A stretch of DNA of 64,000 nucleotides. Origin: Vicugna vicugna (Eukaryota). Positions 24,015 through 36,720 of this stretch are shown piece after piece. The position numbers and the translations under genes were made by a program. Numbering within the stretch: position 1 is the first letter of the stretch; every line of letters begins with the position of its first letter. The notes under the pieces were generated by a model. It saw only the letters and a program-made list of their open reading frames with translations, was not told where the DNA came from and ran no database searches. The stretch covers positions 4,922,501 through 4,986,500 of the forward strand of contig MU059953.1 of assembly GCA_013265495.1 (NCBI GenBank), written 5' to 3'.

Positions 24015-25344
24015 GGGGACGTCGGTCAGGAGACACTCCTGACGTGCACACCAGCGCTCGGCTCAGCGAGAGATCAAAGGAAGCCGTCCATGCACCCGCA
24101 TCACTCATACACCCAAAAAGCATGCCGACACGGAGGACAGCGGGGCGCCAGGTGCGCCGGGGCTGCGGGGCAGCTGCGGGAGGCGCCGCTCCCACGAGCC
24201 AGATCCCCAGGCAGGAGCCGCCAGCTCAGGAGGGGCTGCAGTGCCCTCTAAGGGCCGCCACCCAGCTGCACCTGCCACCCCACCACGTGCTCAGAGCCGA
24301 CTTCCTAGACCAAAGGCTGGCCCATGAGGGCAACTCGAGGCACTCAAACTCGAGACGCTGCGGGTCTGGCAAGCACGTCGTAGGCGGGAAAGCCGCCGTC
24401 CACCACCGGCTGCGGTGACGAGCCAGCAGCGACGGGCTTGGCTCCTGTCCTGTGAGGTCACGAAGGCTCGGCAGAACTGGCCAAGGCCCCCCGCTCCTCA
24501 GACAAGCTCTCTCCCCATCGATGGCGTCCCGATGCAACACACAGGCGGGGGGCTCCGAGAGAGCGGGTTGTTTCTATGAGGCGCCCCGGCGGCGGTGCTG
24601 TCGGCTGCCACACAGCCTCGGCAGAGCAGCGGTGCCAATGCTTTGCTGTCTGTCCCGGGTCCATGTGTCAGGGCACTGACGGATGATAAAAACAGACACG
24701 CACTGATGCTGACGGCAGCAGGAAGGGGCGGGGGGTAGCGCTCACCGAGCCAAGGGGCGGACCTGCAGCCTCCGGGACCGCGCAGTTGTCTTCCTGCGGG
24801 CGCCACCTGGGCGGGAAGGGGCGAGGTGCAAAACCCAGGGGATGCTGCATGGAAACAGCGACGCATGGAGCTACGGAAAAGGAGGAGGGCCCTTGAAAAT
24901 GAGACTCGAGAGTAAGAACTAAGAATCTGGGGGCTGAGAAACTAAACACGTACACCTTAAGTAGGCTCGATACGGCTTTTAAGTCTCCTGGGAATTGAAC
25001 CGAGCTCCCGGTCCCAAACAAGCAAGTTCCATTTATGCTCAAGATTTTTATAATTTATTATGCAGGCAAGTGGGGAATAACCTGCCTTTTTAAAGTCACT
25101 GGAACAGTCACTTCAGAATGTTTGGGAAGTTTAGTCTGGGGAGAGAAAGAACCTCCCTAACGCTGGGCAGGCGCGAGCCGGCCAGCCGACAGACGGCCAT
25201 GGCTGCGGGCGTCACCTGCGGGCGTCACAGCCTCGCTTAAGCGGCCCGTAGCTCACACCTCGGGAAAACCCAACACAGAGTAAGGCACATGCTGCTAGGC
25301 TAGCTTTTGGCAAGGAAAATGCAAAGCGACCTTTCCTCATTGTA

Positions 25345-25510
25345 AAAAATGGTGACTATTTGGATTAATACAACTGATGGAAAAGAGTCTGAAGAGAAAA
25401 CGTATGTGCTCTGTGTACGTATAACTGAGCCGCTTCGCTCTGTGCCTGAAACTAACGCTGTAAATCAACTACGCTTCAGGAAAAAAAGAGAAATGAGTAA
25501 AAAAATATAT
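25345..25510 (+). mobile_element. Cetartiodactyl/camelid L1 3' tail
   Basis: atggaaaagagtctgaagagaaaac...gtataactgagccgcttcgctctgtgcctgaaactaacgctgtaaatcaactacgcttca followed by an A-rich tail. Confidence 0.8.
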
Positions 25511-26439
25511 ATATATACTAAACACACCCTAATCAGTTACATCGCTCAAAAAAAACCCTTCGAATCAAAGGACTGGGTTTATCTGACGAAGACACACAGC
25601 TCTTCACTTCTCATCAAAGTGTACCTGAAGGGAATGAGAGAGTCAGGATCCGACCGAGTAAGAAGCCGGTGTTCGGTGCTCTGTTCCCAGGCGGCCAGCG
25701 AGGCGAGGCCTATTCCGAGTCACCCACGTTTCACACGCTGGGCTCTCCGTTTCAAACGTCGCCACTTTCCGAGCGGCCCAAACACTCAACTGGACTGAAC
25801 CAACCGAACCCTCGTTCGGGGTGACTGCTGACAAGGACCACTGCCACCACGGACGGGGAGGCTTCCTGACTCTGAGGCAGAGGCAACCGTCACCCCGTCT
25901 CACAGACAGGAAGCCTGGGTGGCCGAGCTGGTGACAGGGAGTGACTGGGGGGCCAGGTCTGCACCCCTGCTCCCAGCCTCACCTCCCAGGACGCCTGTCT
26001 CCACGTCCGATGGAGTCCCGAGTGCTCCGTGCCCCACGGTTAAACTACCAGCGAGGGGAGCTGAACATCTGAACGTCTCACAGGCCCTTCAGAATGTTTG
26101 GGGATTTCAGTCTGGAGAGAGAAGGCACCGCCCCAATGCTGGGCTGTCCAGCAAGGCCAGCTCTACCACTCAGCGAAAATTCACAGCGTGACGCCAGATT
26201 CCAACAAACTGCGCACAGAAACGCTGAAAAACCACGGCTGAAACCAACCAACAAAGAAACTCGGTTCTCTCTGCAAAGCTGCAGTTTGCTTGGACATTTT
26301 CCCACGGACATTCAATTAAAACCGACTGTGGGAAAAGGGAGTCGTGGTTAGAACGCTGCAGAACCCAGCGAGGCGATGAAAAACGCCCCTCTCGCAAGAG
26401 CCTGAGAAGCCTTTCGACATGTAAGTTGGACACAGTCAG

Positions 26440-27425
26440 TCAGGACCCCTCAGAGGAGGGCCCCGCCGTCACCGTCAACCTGATGCGACCTCCGCAAAGA
26501 GCTCGGATGCGACAACAAACACAAAAGCAACAGAAGGACAAATTCAGCAGCCCTCAGCAAAACTAAAAACTGTTGTGCTTCTACGGACACAACCCAGAAA
26601 AGGAAAAGGCAGCTCACAGGATGGGACGGAGTATTTGCAAGCCATGCACCTGACAAAAGAGCTGTATCTAGAACACAGGGAAACGCTACAGCTCACCAGT
26701 AAAGAGGCAAACCTCCCAACTTTAGAAGTGGGTGAAGGGCCCAAGAAGACGCTTCTCCAAAGAGGATACACGAAATGGCCAATAAGCCCGTAAAAAAGTA
26801 CCCGACATCCTCAGTCGTCAGGGAAGCTCAAATCAAAACTGCAGTGAGAGACCACCTCACAGCCACCAGGGCGGGGAGGGTCGGAAGGTCGGACAACAGC
26901 CGCTGTGGGAGAGGATGGGGGGCATCAGAGCCCTCGCGCGCCACTGGTGGGGGACAGTCTGACGGCTCCCCAAACGGTTAAACATCAAGTCACCACGTGA
27001 TCCAGAAACTCCACTGCTAGGCATACTTACACCCAAGACAGGCGAAAACGTATGTCCTGCCAAAAACCTAGGCAAGAACGCTCACAATGAGGCGTTAACG
27101 GCCGAAAAGCAGCGATCAACCAACGTCCATCAACAGGTGGACTAGCCAAGCGCGGTCTGTCCGCAGCGGAGCAACAGGAAGGGCCAAGAGTGGACACAGG
27201 CTGCCGCGCGGAGGAACCTCGAACGTGCTGAGTGGAGGAGCCAGCGCGGGAGACCGAACCCCGTCCCGTCCCGTGTAAACACAAGGCCGGAACACACACC
27301 GCAGAGACAGAAAGCGGACTGGTGGCTGCCCAGGGCTGGCGAGGGGGTGGTTACGGGCAGCAGGGTCTAACCCCGACCGCGCTGGAGGCACTCCACCCTG
27401 TGAATACGCCGAAACTGCGTGCACT
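26440..27425 (+). mobile_element. L1MB-like ORF2 end plus 3' UTR, strongly GC-shifted
   Basis: ORF 26775 reads MANKPVKKYPTSSVVREAQIKTAVRDHLTATR (compare L1 ORF2 [29 protein letters not shown]). The 3' UTR block cagagacagaaagcggactggtggctgcccagggctgg is typical of L1MB. Confidence 0.9.
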
Positions 27426-28399
27426 CAGCGCACAGAGCTGCCACCCGCCGTCGGGGGAGAGGAAACGTGCCCCTCCCCGTCCTTGTTAGTAGCGGGGCCA
27501 GAGCCCTGTCCTTTGTCTTTCCGCCCCAGACGTCTGACCCTTTCGTCACAGTTCACTGGCAGGCCTGGGACACCATCTGCTGCTCGGGCCTCCGTCTCCC
27601 CGTGCGAGGAGGCCTGCACTGCCAGGCGCTGAGCCCGGGCTCCACCCTGCCCACCGCAAAGCCCCGTGGCCAGCCCTGGAGCATGCCCCTCTTCCAGGAC
27701 GGAGTGGGCGGCCCGGGGGCCTTCTCTCCAGGTCCCTGGGGGCACCCAACCCTCCTACCTCTGAGAGCAAGCTGCCTTTTCCAGTCTCCTGTGCTGCGCT
27801 CCTGCAGGGACGGCAGGGCTGGCCAGGTGGCCAGGGTGGCCAGGGTCCCCAGGCCCAGCACAGCGCCGTGGGCGGGAGCTGAAAGGCACATGCAGAAGTG
27901 AATGGAAAGATCGCAAGAGGTCCGCTCAGCTGTCCCTTCGAGACAAACGCAGGGACAGAGCAGCAGAGCTTTGGCCGGGACACCAGCTGGGACGCTGGGC
28001 AGTAACGTTCCCAAAGATGCGAGTCGGCTGGGATCAGCCAGGTAACCAGCCCGTCAGCTTCGATGTAAACTACAGGAATGCAGAAGCAACCTTCACAGTG
28101 AGAAGAACCTCACCTGCCTACTTCAAACAAGACTAACCAAAGCAAGCAAGGAGACTGCCGGTGTCAGGACGCCCGCCCCAGCCAGCCCTGGCCCCCAGGG
28201 CTTCCTCGTGGGCATGGAGCACAGCTACTCAGGGACTCGGCAAACCACAGCCCAGGGGCCGCTCGGCAGCACGGGGTCCGGAGTCCCTGGGCCGGACTAA
28301 AGCGACCTCCTGCCTCCCAGGGCCTTCCGGGCCTGCCCTCCAAGTCACTGCCCTTCCCTCGGGTGTGACGGGACCTCAGGAGCACTGACAGCCCTTTCT

Positions 28400-28535
28400 G
28401 GTTACTTTTATTTTTTGATTGATGTGCAGACGGTTCACACTGTTGCGTTTCCTTGCGCAGCATAGTGATTCAGTTATAATGTATTTCATATGTAATGTAT
28501 GTACTCCGTGTGATGTATATTATACCTTGTATGTG
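28400..28535 (-). mobile_element. Cetartiodactyl/camelid L1 3' tail, antisense
   Basis: ttttattttttgattgatgtgcagacggttcacactgttgcg...gcagcatagtgattcagttata is the reverse of the tail family seen at 25345. Confidence 0.7.
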
Positions 28536-30312
28536 TGTGTGTGTATTTCTGCCTTTTTAAGTGAGGCCTTTCTTACAAGAAATCTTTTCAAAGAGCCATG
28601 TCCTAAAGTGATTCTGCAGCAGAACAGACCCGAGGCTCTCCCGGAAACTGTACACGTTCCCGTAACTGTGACGCCGTCCCTCTGGCCACAGGATCGCAGG
28701 GAGGAAACCAGCGAGGCGCAGGGGGAGCCGGCATCACCCCGCTTACCGAGGTCCGGGGTGGGGAAGGGAGGAGGAGCTGGGCGGAAGCCGCCCCAGCCTG
28801 CAGCCCAGACCACCCCCGACCACCAGGACGCGGCCGGCTGGCCTCCTGAGGCTGTCCCTGGCCAGCGTCCCCGCGCTGGACGCCGGGCTCCCGGCAAAGC
28901 CCCGCTGCTCTCTGCTGCTTTCCTCACATGTGGTTTGATTGACGCAAATCAAGAAGCAAGCAAGTGATTCATAATTGTCCAAGCACAGGGCGCACACAGG
29001 GATGGCAGGAGCTCAAGCCTGCTGAGTCACCGAGAAACAGCCCAGTTCCCGCAGGCACTGCTGGCCTGAACACTCACACACATGCGTACACACGGGCTCC
29101 CACAGGGCTCCAGCAGAGACAGAACAGCCAGACTCCGGCCCTGCAGCAGGCGGCCCGGCCAGGGGGACAGGAAGGGAGAGGTGGGTGGTGGCGGCGACCA
29201 CCTACCCTGGGACCGGCCAGCTGTGCCTGGGTGCACGTGGGCAGGGCACACAGGGTCGTGGGCACGGGTGCCCTCGGACACTGGCTCCAACCTCAGCCCC
29301 AAGCTCCCTGGTCCTCAGTCCCACTTCCCAGCGCCTGGCCAGCTCCCCCTAAGCAGACAAAGGAGCACGTGCGAGGCTCAGAGGGCACGCAGTGCAGGGA
29401 CGACGGGGCCCCGTGGAGTGTGGGGGCGGCAGCAGGGGGCCGGAGGACCACGTGGAATCATGAGGGCCCCTGGGCGCACTCCTCCACAGGTAGGGAGAGC
29501 CACAGAAGGGCCTGGCACAGGAAGCCACCCAACCACTCGTGACGGGAAGATCATGCTGGTGGCCATGCAGAGAAGGCCAGAGACAGCAGGCCAGGCGGCA
29601 GTGGCTGTGCTGGTCCGAGGAAGACGAGGGAGGCCTGGCCTACAGCACTGAGCCAGCCCCGGAGGAGGAGGAGACAGAATGAGAAGTATCTCTTAAGAGA
29701 CAGCATCAAACCAGGCGTGTGGACCACGTTTGCCCTGCTCCCCGCCTCCTCTTCCCTCCCTCCCTGGTGCAGGGCTGTGGGATCATGGCTCTGGGTAACT
29801 GGACTCCAGGCCTCGAGCACAGCTGGCAGTGGGAGAAGGTACCCCCAGTTCTGGTGTCTGATCTGCAGTGCCATCCAGGAGGCCCTGATGGACCCCCCAC
29901 AAGGTGAGCAATGCCCCACCCCGCCACAGGTGCCTTCCCCAAAACTGATGCAGGCGCGACGGAGAGACAAGGCCCCTCAGCTGGTGGTGAGGCTCTGAGC
30001 AGACAGATGCCTGCTCCCGGGACACGCTCCGGCTGCAGGGGTGACGGAGGAGCAAGTCCAGGGAGGGGCAGAGGGCACCCCGGCCTGACCACAAGCCTCA
30101 GAGGTGGGCCCGTGAGTGAGTGGTCAAGGCTGGGGGCCATCTTCACTCTTGAAACTTCTTTCACCAGCCCACAGAACACCCCAAACCTGACCCTTCGGGA
30201 GCCCAGCACACACGCCCCGACACGCACCCCTCTGGCACGTGGGGACACCTTCAGCAGTCAGCTCTCTGGCGCCCTTCCTGCAGCCCGGAGGCAGCAGCCC
30301 TGCCTTCCTGGG

Positions 30313-30352
30313 GCCCCTGTCTGCCCCTGTCTGCCTCTGTCTGCCCCTGCAG
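30313..30352. repeat. 10-mer tandem repeat (GCCCCTGTCT), 4 copies
   Basis: gcccctgtct gcccctgtct gcctctgtct gcccctgcag. Confidence 0.9.
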
Positions 30353-31974
30353 ACAGCCCCTGGGACACAGCCGGGACTCAGCACTGCATCAGGCAGCCTT
30401 GGCCATTCTTCTCCGTTTGGGGCCCCCCAAATAAAAGCAGGGGTTGGTACAGCCCCCTCTGTGTTGCAGGGCTGCCCCTCTCCAGACACAGGCATGGCTG
30501 CACGTCTGCTGCCGGAGGGATGAAAGAAATCACACAGAACCTCGTCCGCCTGACTGGGGAGCAGCGAGCCCCGCGCCTGGGCTCCGAGGGCTCCCCAGGC
30601 CGCAGGCACAGCCCACTCTCCACTTCCTGGCTCCGTAGGCCTCCCGAAGGCGCAGGGTGAGGGGCTGGTGCCCAGAGGGCAGGTGGGCAGAGGATAAGGT
30701 CCCCCAAGCTGACCTGAAGAGCAGGCCCAAGCAGCCATGGGGCCAAGGCTCAGGGGCCGTGGCGGGCAGAGCGGGAGGGGGCACACCTGAGGCCTCCCAC
30801 ACGCTGACCTCTCCAGCTCGACTGCAACCGCCTCTGACCCCCTGGCACACCCAAAGGCGACTTTCATGATACCCTTCATGAAGTTTTATGGAACACTCCA
30901 AAGCAGAGCCCCTGTTTCAGGGCTGTTTCTGGACGCCCACTAGCCTGTGCTGACCGCTCTGCGGGTGCCGCTGGGACCACCAGGGCGGGCCTGGGCCGCT
31001 TAGCAGGCCACTGCGGCCGCAGCCGGCCGCCCCAGAGCCCTGGCCCTCGGCTCCCTCCACCCCAGGGTCCGTGGGCGGGGCCACCCGGGGCCAGGGCAGC
31101 CTGAAGTCGCTCCCAGCCTGGAGGAAACAAATAAAACAGACAGCTTCTCTCCCAGGGGCCACCTCCACACCCAGCGGCCGTGGGCTGAGGCCACCTGGAG
31201 ACTGTGGGGTTCCTGAGAGATCGGTGCGCGTTCACCCCTGGCTCCAGACCGTATGTCTTCAAACCATCCACGATGGAAGGAAAAGAAAGAAAAACAGACT
31301 AGCCAGAGAGCGTCAGGCCAAGGGGCCAGGAGGGATGGGGAGGGGCCGGAAGGGGGGCTCCGTTAATTCTGAGTGAGCCCCTAGGGGCGGGGTGGGGATC
31401 CCAGGAGAGGTCCCTCACCAACCTGTATCTTCTGCAAGGCTACCAGGAGCATCTGCACTCGTTTAAAAACTGCTTGGCAATCTAACTTACAAAGAAGAAG
31501 AAATGCTTAATAGTCGAGACACATAAGGTACCACCTGTCAGTCAAAGTCACTTGCCAGGCCTTCTTCAACTTGCCCTCTAAGAAGGTTCTAGACCCTTCC
31601 TCAAAAGCTGCTTCCCTGCCGGTATACACGTACGCAGCACTCTTCCTCTTGAAAGGCGAGAAGGGCAAAGTGGGTGTGTGTGGCCACACACCCCCTCTGC
31701 CTGACCCCCAGGGAAAGGGGCCTGAGGTGCCTTCACAACACGGTGGCCCCCACACACCACTGCCCCCTCCAGATCTCAGAACGCTGATCGCAGAACATTT
31801 TCAAATTCAAAAGTAGCCTTTACTTGTGCAGTCCCCTATTGGACTTGCCCCTCGAAGGTGAGGCCTGCAGAGGAGATTCCAGCTCTTATGTGGTGAAAAT
31901 TCCCAGTGGCTGAATAAGTGAATTATTAGTGATTCAGTGAACAGACTGTCTACCTGGCACCAAGCCACAAGCTT

Positions 31975-32130
31975 ATACTCAATCCCTTAGCCTTACAATA
32001 AACGCAGGAGGTGGGACTTTTATACCCATCTCACAGATGAGGAAAATCGAGGCTCAAAGAAACTAAGTAATGCTCCCCATTTCTAAGCAGCGAGGCTGGG
32101 AATTGGACCCGGCCTTGCTGACTCCAAAGC
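31975..32130 (-). mobile_element. MIR SINE
   Basis: cccatctcacagatgaggaaaatcgaggctcaaagaaactaagtaa...ggaattggacccggccttgctgactccaaagcc is the antisense MIR core. Confidence 0.85.
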
Positions 32131-33291
32131 CAGTCTCCCTCACTGTCCCGGCAGAAACCAGAATCCTCTGCCCAGATTGAGCAGGAGGAAGACTGCCCAA
32201 CCAGAAGGTAGGGGAGTGGGCAAGCGCAGGGGGGAGTGAGCTTGAAAAAGAAACCAGATCAGCAGCAGCAAAAGCAGAAATTCTCCAATGCAGCAGCCAC
32301 TGGGCCTGACAAATGAAGGCCTCCTGTGCGCACGTGACAAGTAGGCCCCGAAATCTGCTGGGCAGCCGGGCCACAGGGGAGAAACGGGAAGGCGGAGAAG
32401 TGAAACGTCTCTGCACCCTCCCCGGAAGAGCCGTGGATGGGGCCGCGCCAGGCTGCGTAATTGAACAGAGGCGTTCATTCTGCGAATGAGAACAAGCGCC
32501 AAGCCCTCTCGCTGGGCTTCTCCGCGCCCCCTGGACTGTTTACGAATGCTTTAAATGAGGCCAAAAGCTGCGAGCACAGCACTTCTGGACTTCCCTCCGC
32601 ACGTCTCAGAATCAGTAAGGCTGGTCCGTGGAGTGTGTGCCCCCCTCTCAGGAGTGTCTCCTGTGACATGAACCAAAGGGAAGGGGACCCTGGGACCCTC
32701 TCTCCAAAGTGCACGTGTCTCCACGAACTCTGGGATTCCAGGCTTGTCGGCTAAGGAGCTGGTCACATGCTGACGAACGTTCTTACAGACCCGAGACACA
32801 CGCAGCTCTGCTCTGTCAGCCCTGGGAAACATGCAGGTCAAAAAACAAAACAGAACAAACCAAATCACGCCATCCCGAGGTGACTGCTTTACACTCTGCT
32901 TTGTAATTATGCTGACAGCCCCAGCGCAGGGACAAACCCGAGAGGCCAGAGAAAGCCAGCCACGGACCCCCGAACGCCTCTGTTCCAACCCTACGAGAAT
33001 GTGGAGGAGGGGACCTGTCTCCGGATGAGCACGTCTAGGCCGAGCCCGCCAGTCCCCCGGAGCAGAGCCGGGCGCAGAGCACACGACAGACAACACTGGG
33101 GCCGCTCACCCCCCTCCGGCCCCCACACGGGGCACTCAGAGCAACCGCAGAGGCGGGGGAGGACACCCGCCCCGCGGGGGGCCCGCCGGCGCCTTCCTGC
33201 CGGCACACCGAGCACCTGGCTGACTTCGGAAACGTCCCCCAAGGCGCCCATTGTTATCAGTTGACCACAAGAGTCTCCCAACTCTTGTCCC

Positions 33292-33324
33292 TGTGTGTGC
33301 ACACGTGTGTGTGTGTGTGTGTGT
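33292..33324. repeat. (TG)n microsatellite with internal CACAC
   Basis: tgtgtgtgcacacgtgtgtgtgtgtgtgtgtgt. Confidence 0.95.
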
Positions 33325-35714
33325 ACCATCTTAAAGACAAAATGTGCTCTCTCTCCAGGCACGTCTTCATCCACGAGTGGTCCACGCACACGCGGCTCTG
33401 TGGCGGCGGCCAGGGGCTCAGGAAAGCACAGCCCAGAGCCCGCTCTCCGGAATCTGACGGTTCCCTGAGGCGCGGTGGGAGCAGCATCCGGGGGACGGAG
33501 CCCGGGGAAGCACCTGCAGAGGAGCAGGTAGGGCTGGGCCTGGAGAGGCTTCTCTGGGGAGCTGAGATTTAGGTCAAAACCTGAACAAAGGGGAGTCCCC
33601 AGGGGTCCCTGAGGTCAGGAGGGAGGGATTCCCGCAGGGGGAGTGGCTGGGGAGAAGGCCCGGAGGCTGGGGGCCTGGTGGCTGCAGTCCGCGGTGCAGA
33701 CACGCTGGAGCACGGTCCTCAGCCATTGTCGGATTTGGGAGGCCACTACGGCCCAGCGAGAAGGGCCCTGACACACCTGGGCGTGTGCCACACACACACG
33801 CACGAGTTAAGGACCCGAGAGCAGACGGAGAGCCTGCATGGAACAGCCAGGGAATGTGGTCTTCGGCACCCGCTCCTCTGTTTTCACGTTCCAGGGCTGC
33901 ATTTAGCTGTAAGGTTGTGTGGTTTCACCTTCATGAGGACTGAGCTGGGCAATCGGCCATTCAGAGCCCGTGGGGGCAGCACCTGGCTGCCCGGGGAGAC
34001 GTGGACGGAGAGAAGCAGGTGAGACCCACAGAGCTCTGAACGAGGAGCCCTAGGAAAGGGTGCCCAACTGCACACGGGGGCCAGTGAAAGAGGAAAATGC
34101 AAAGCATCCCCTGGACTCTCGGCTGAACATCTGGGCAGGGGGCTGGGCCGAGCAGGGACAGGAGGGGCCGGGTGATGCTGCCGTGGGGACGGGGCTGTGT
34201 CAGCTGTGGAAGTGGGTGTCAGCAGCACGGCAGCACCCCTGCTGCAGGTGAGGGGCGAGTGTGGCAGGGACAGTCCGGCCACTGCAGCTCCATCTGCTGC
34301 CACCACACTCACGCAAACGTCCAAGCGCTGCCTGACGCCCATGTTCCCCGCCTTCTCACCGAGGAGGACTGGAAGGAGTCCCCTGGAGCGGCCACCGAGG
34401 ACAGGGCATGGGGGACCCCGAACGTGACTTCAGGGAGCTGACAGTGAATGGGAGACAGGACACCGGCAGTAGGCGGGCTGCACTCTCAGGATGCGGCCCG
34501 AGGGTCCTAGGCTCTGACTCCTGGGTGTGAGGGCAGGAGAGAACTGGGAGCGGCGAGCCAACCCGAGGACAGAGCGTTGAGGAGCCAATGCTGGGGCCAA
34601 CTGTGGCTGCTGGAAGCTCCACCAAGGGGCCCGTGTGGAGGCTGGAGATGAGCATCACAGGATGTCTCCCTGGGGAAAGAAGGGGCAGCACTCCCCACTG
34701 CCCCAGCCGCAGCTTCCTCCTGGGTAGGCCGATCAGGCGCCCTTGGGCGTCCACATCCAGAGAAGAGAGACAGGAGGCCAAAGGCAGGTGAGAGCCGAGG
34801 TCGAGGTCACGGTCACGGCTGCGCGAGGCTGGGCAGGTGCGCATAGAACAGAAGCTGGGTGGATGCAGGATGGAGGTGGGGCCAGAGGACTTGCAGGAGT
34901 CCGGAGACACGGGGCCCCAGGCGACCTCACCTCCCAGTCTGCCCTGTCACTGCTGGGACAGTAGGGCATGGAGCGTCCGTGGCCCGAGGTCCTGCAGAAT
35001 GTGGAGGAGGGAGACCCGCACCAGGGAAGGCCGGGTCCACCGTGTTTTTCAGTGAAGTGATGAGAGCATATTTAGAGGCTCAGAAGGAAAGTCAGAGACA
35101 AGAAAAATGAGAGGGTTGTCACGGCGAGAGGAGGGAACAAGACCAAAAGCAGGGAGGATGCCCACATGCCATGTGCATGTGCAATGCAGGCCCCACCCGC
35201 TCCTCTGCGGCCACCCCCAGGGCACCTAGAAGGCCCCGCACAAGGTCAGAGGGCAGGAGAGGGGGCAGAGAAAGCGTCTGGGAGTGGGGGCCGACGCTGG
35301 ACCGGACAGGTGCTGAGAATGGAGAGCGAGCGCTAGGTGGGACTGGGGAGCACTGGCAGCGCACACCTGCTTGGGGAGGGGAGTCAGGGAGACGATGGAT
35401 TGGAACCCGGGCTGGAGTTCCGCCAGGTGAGCGGGACTGTGAAGCCGGTGGGACCAGGGCAGCTGCCCGGGAGGATGTGGAAGTCAGCTTTGGGGCAGGG
35501 AGGTGGGGGAGGAGGGAGGGAGGAGAGGAGAGGGACAGAAGGGCTGGAGGCCGGGCATGTGAAACACTGGAAACTTACACTCCTGAGAGTGTGGCCAGAG
35601 TCAGTCCTACAGCTCCTGTGCTGTGGGGAGCCTAGACTCCGAGTACAGTATCGGGCCTGCGGTGTCGCTGGGCTCACTGGCAGTGAAGGGACCCTCCAAG
35701 GAACCGGAAACCGG

Positions 35715-35970
35715 AAGACCTTCGCAGGCACTGCGTCTCACAGTGGAGGTTTGTGGTGACCCTGCACGGAGCCTACCGGCACCGCTTCTCCAGGGGCCTC
35801 TGCTCACCTCGTGTCGCTGGGTCACACTTTGATCATTCTTGCACTATTTCAAACTTTTTCATCGTTACGATGTCTGTTACAGGGACCTGACTCGCCGAGG
35901 GCACAGAGGCGGTTAGTGCTGCTTAGCCACGTAGCATCATTCAATTAAGGTCTGCACGTTGTTTGATTAG
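35715..35970. mobile_element. Internally deleted Tigger1 (TcMar-Tigger) DNA transposon
   Basis: ggaggtttgtggtgaccctgc...gctcacctcgtgtcgctgggtcacactttg...actatttcaaactttttcat matches one Tigger1 end and joins directly to ctcgccgagggc...aattaaggtctgcacgttgttt from the other end (recalled consensus). Confidence 0.8.
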
Positions 35971-36349
35971 AGGGAGGCCGTGGCCTCGGTGAGTACCCGG
36001 CGGTGCTGGGCTCAGGATGCGGGTTCCGGGCACCATCGGGGACCCCCCGAGGGGTGATGGTATCCCACTGAGGCACCGACAGCAGGTCCCTGAAAGAGCA
36101 CGTGGAAGTCCTGCCTGAAGAGAAGCATCTTTCCTTTCAACCCCTGCGTTTCCCACATGTCAGGACCAACCACACATGAGCTCCCAGCCAAGGCAAGCGA
36201 ACACACAAGGAAATAACTGAAAGACAGCAACAACATCAAAGGGCAGGGCAGGCAGCTCAGGCGCTTGTGTTACTGGAAACAGAATACAGAATCACCACTT
36301 CCGAAATTTAAAGACACATTGTGTGTTTTATCCACCTGTGTGCATTTTT

Positions 36350-36720
36350 CTTATGTTGATTTGAGTTAATGAAAAATTTACTAAGATGACTGAAACAAAT
36401 CAAGAAATGAAAAAAGAGGAAGTTACAAAACTGTCAAAATGAATCATTCTGGCAAATGAACAAAATAGACTTTCAAAAATAAAATTGATGAATTAAAAAA
36501 ATCTCATTGATGAATTTTAAAAATGGATGGTGAAAGCATTAGATCCTATACAAAACCAAAAGGAAAATTAGGTGAGTTAGAGGACAATTATGAAGAAGTT
36601 AATTGAAGAGACGGAGGCAAAATTAAGAGCTGAAAATATAAAGAAAGTTGAAAAACCAGGAGGAGTGAAATGAGAAGGTGTCACGTCTGTCTACTCGGGG
36701 CCCCGGGGTCGGGGGGGGAG
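36350..36720 (+). mobile_element. Decayed L1/HAL1 ORF1 fragment
   Basis: Very A-rich; ggaaaattaggtgagttagaggaca and gaaatgagaaggtgtcacgtctgtctactcggggcccc resemble the ORF1 coiled-coil and RRM entry. Confidence 0.55.

Noticed and set aside
31493-31652. Exon-like minus-strand segment encoding RKSAAYVYTGREAAFEEGSRTFLEGKLKKAWQ
   Set aside because: The donor context is weak (TTT|GTAAGT), the frame stops before the donor, and I recognise no homology.
31332-35520. G-quadruplex motifs (e.g. 31332-31357, 35492-35520)
   Set aside because: They are common at this GC content and show no special context.
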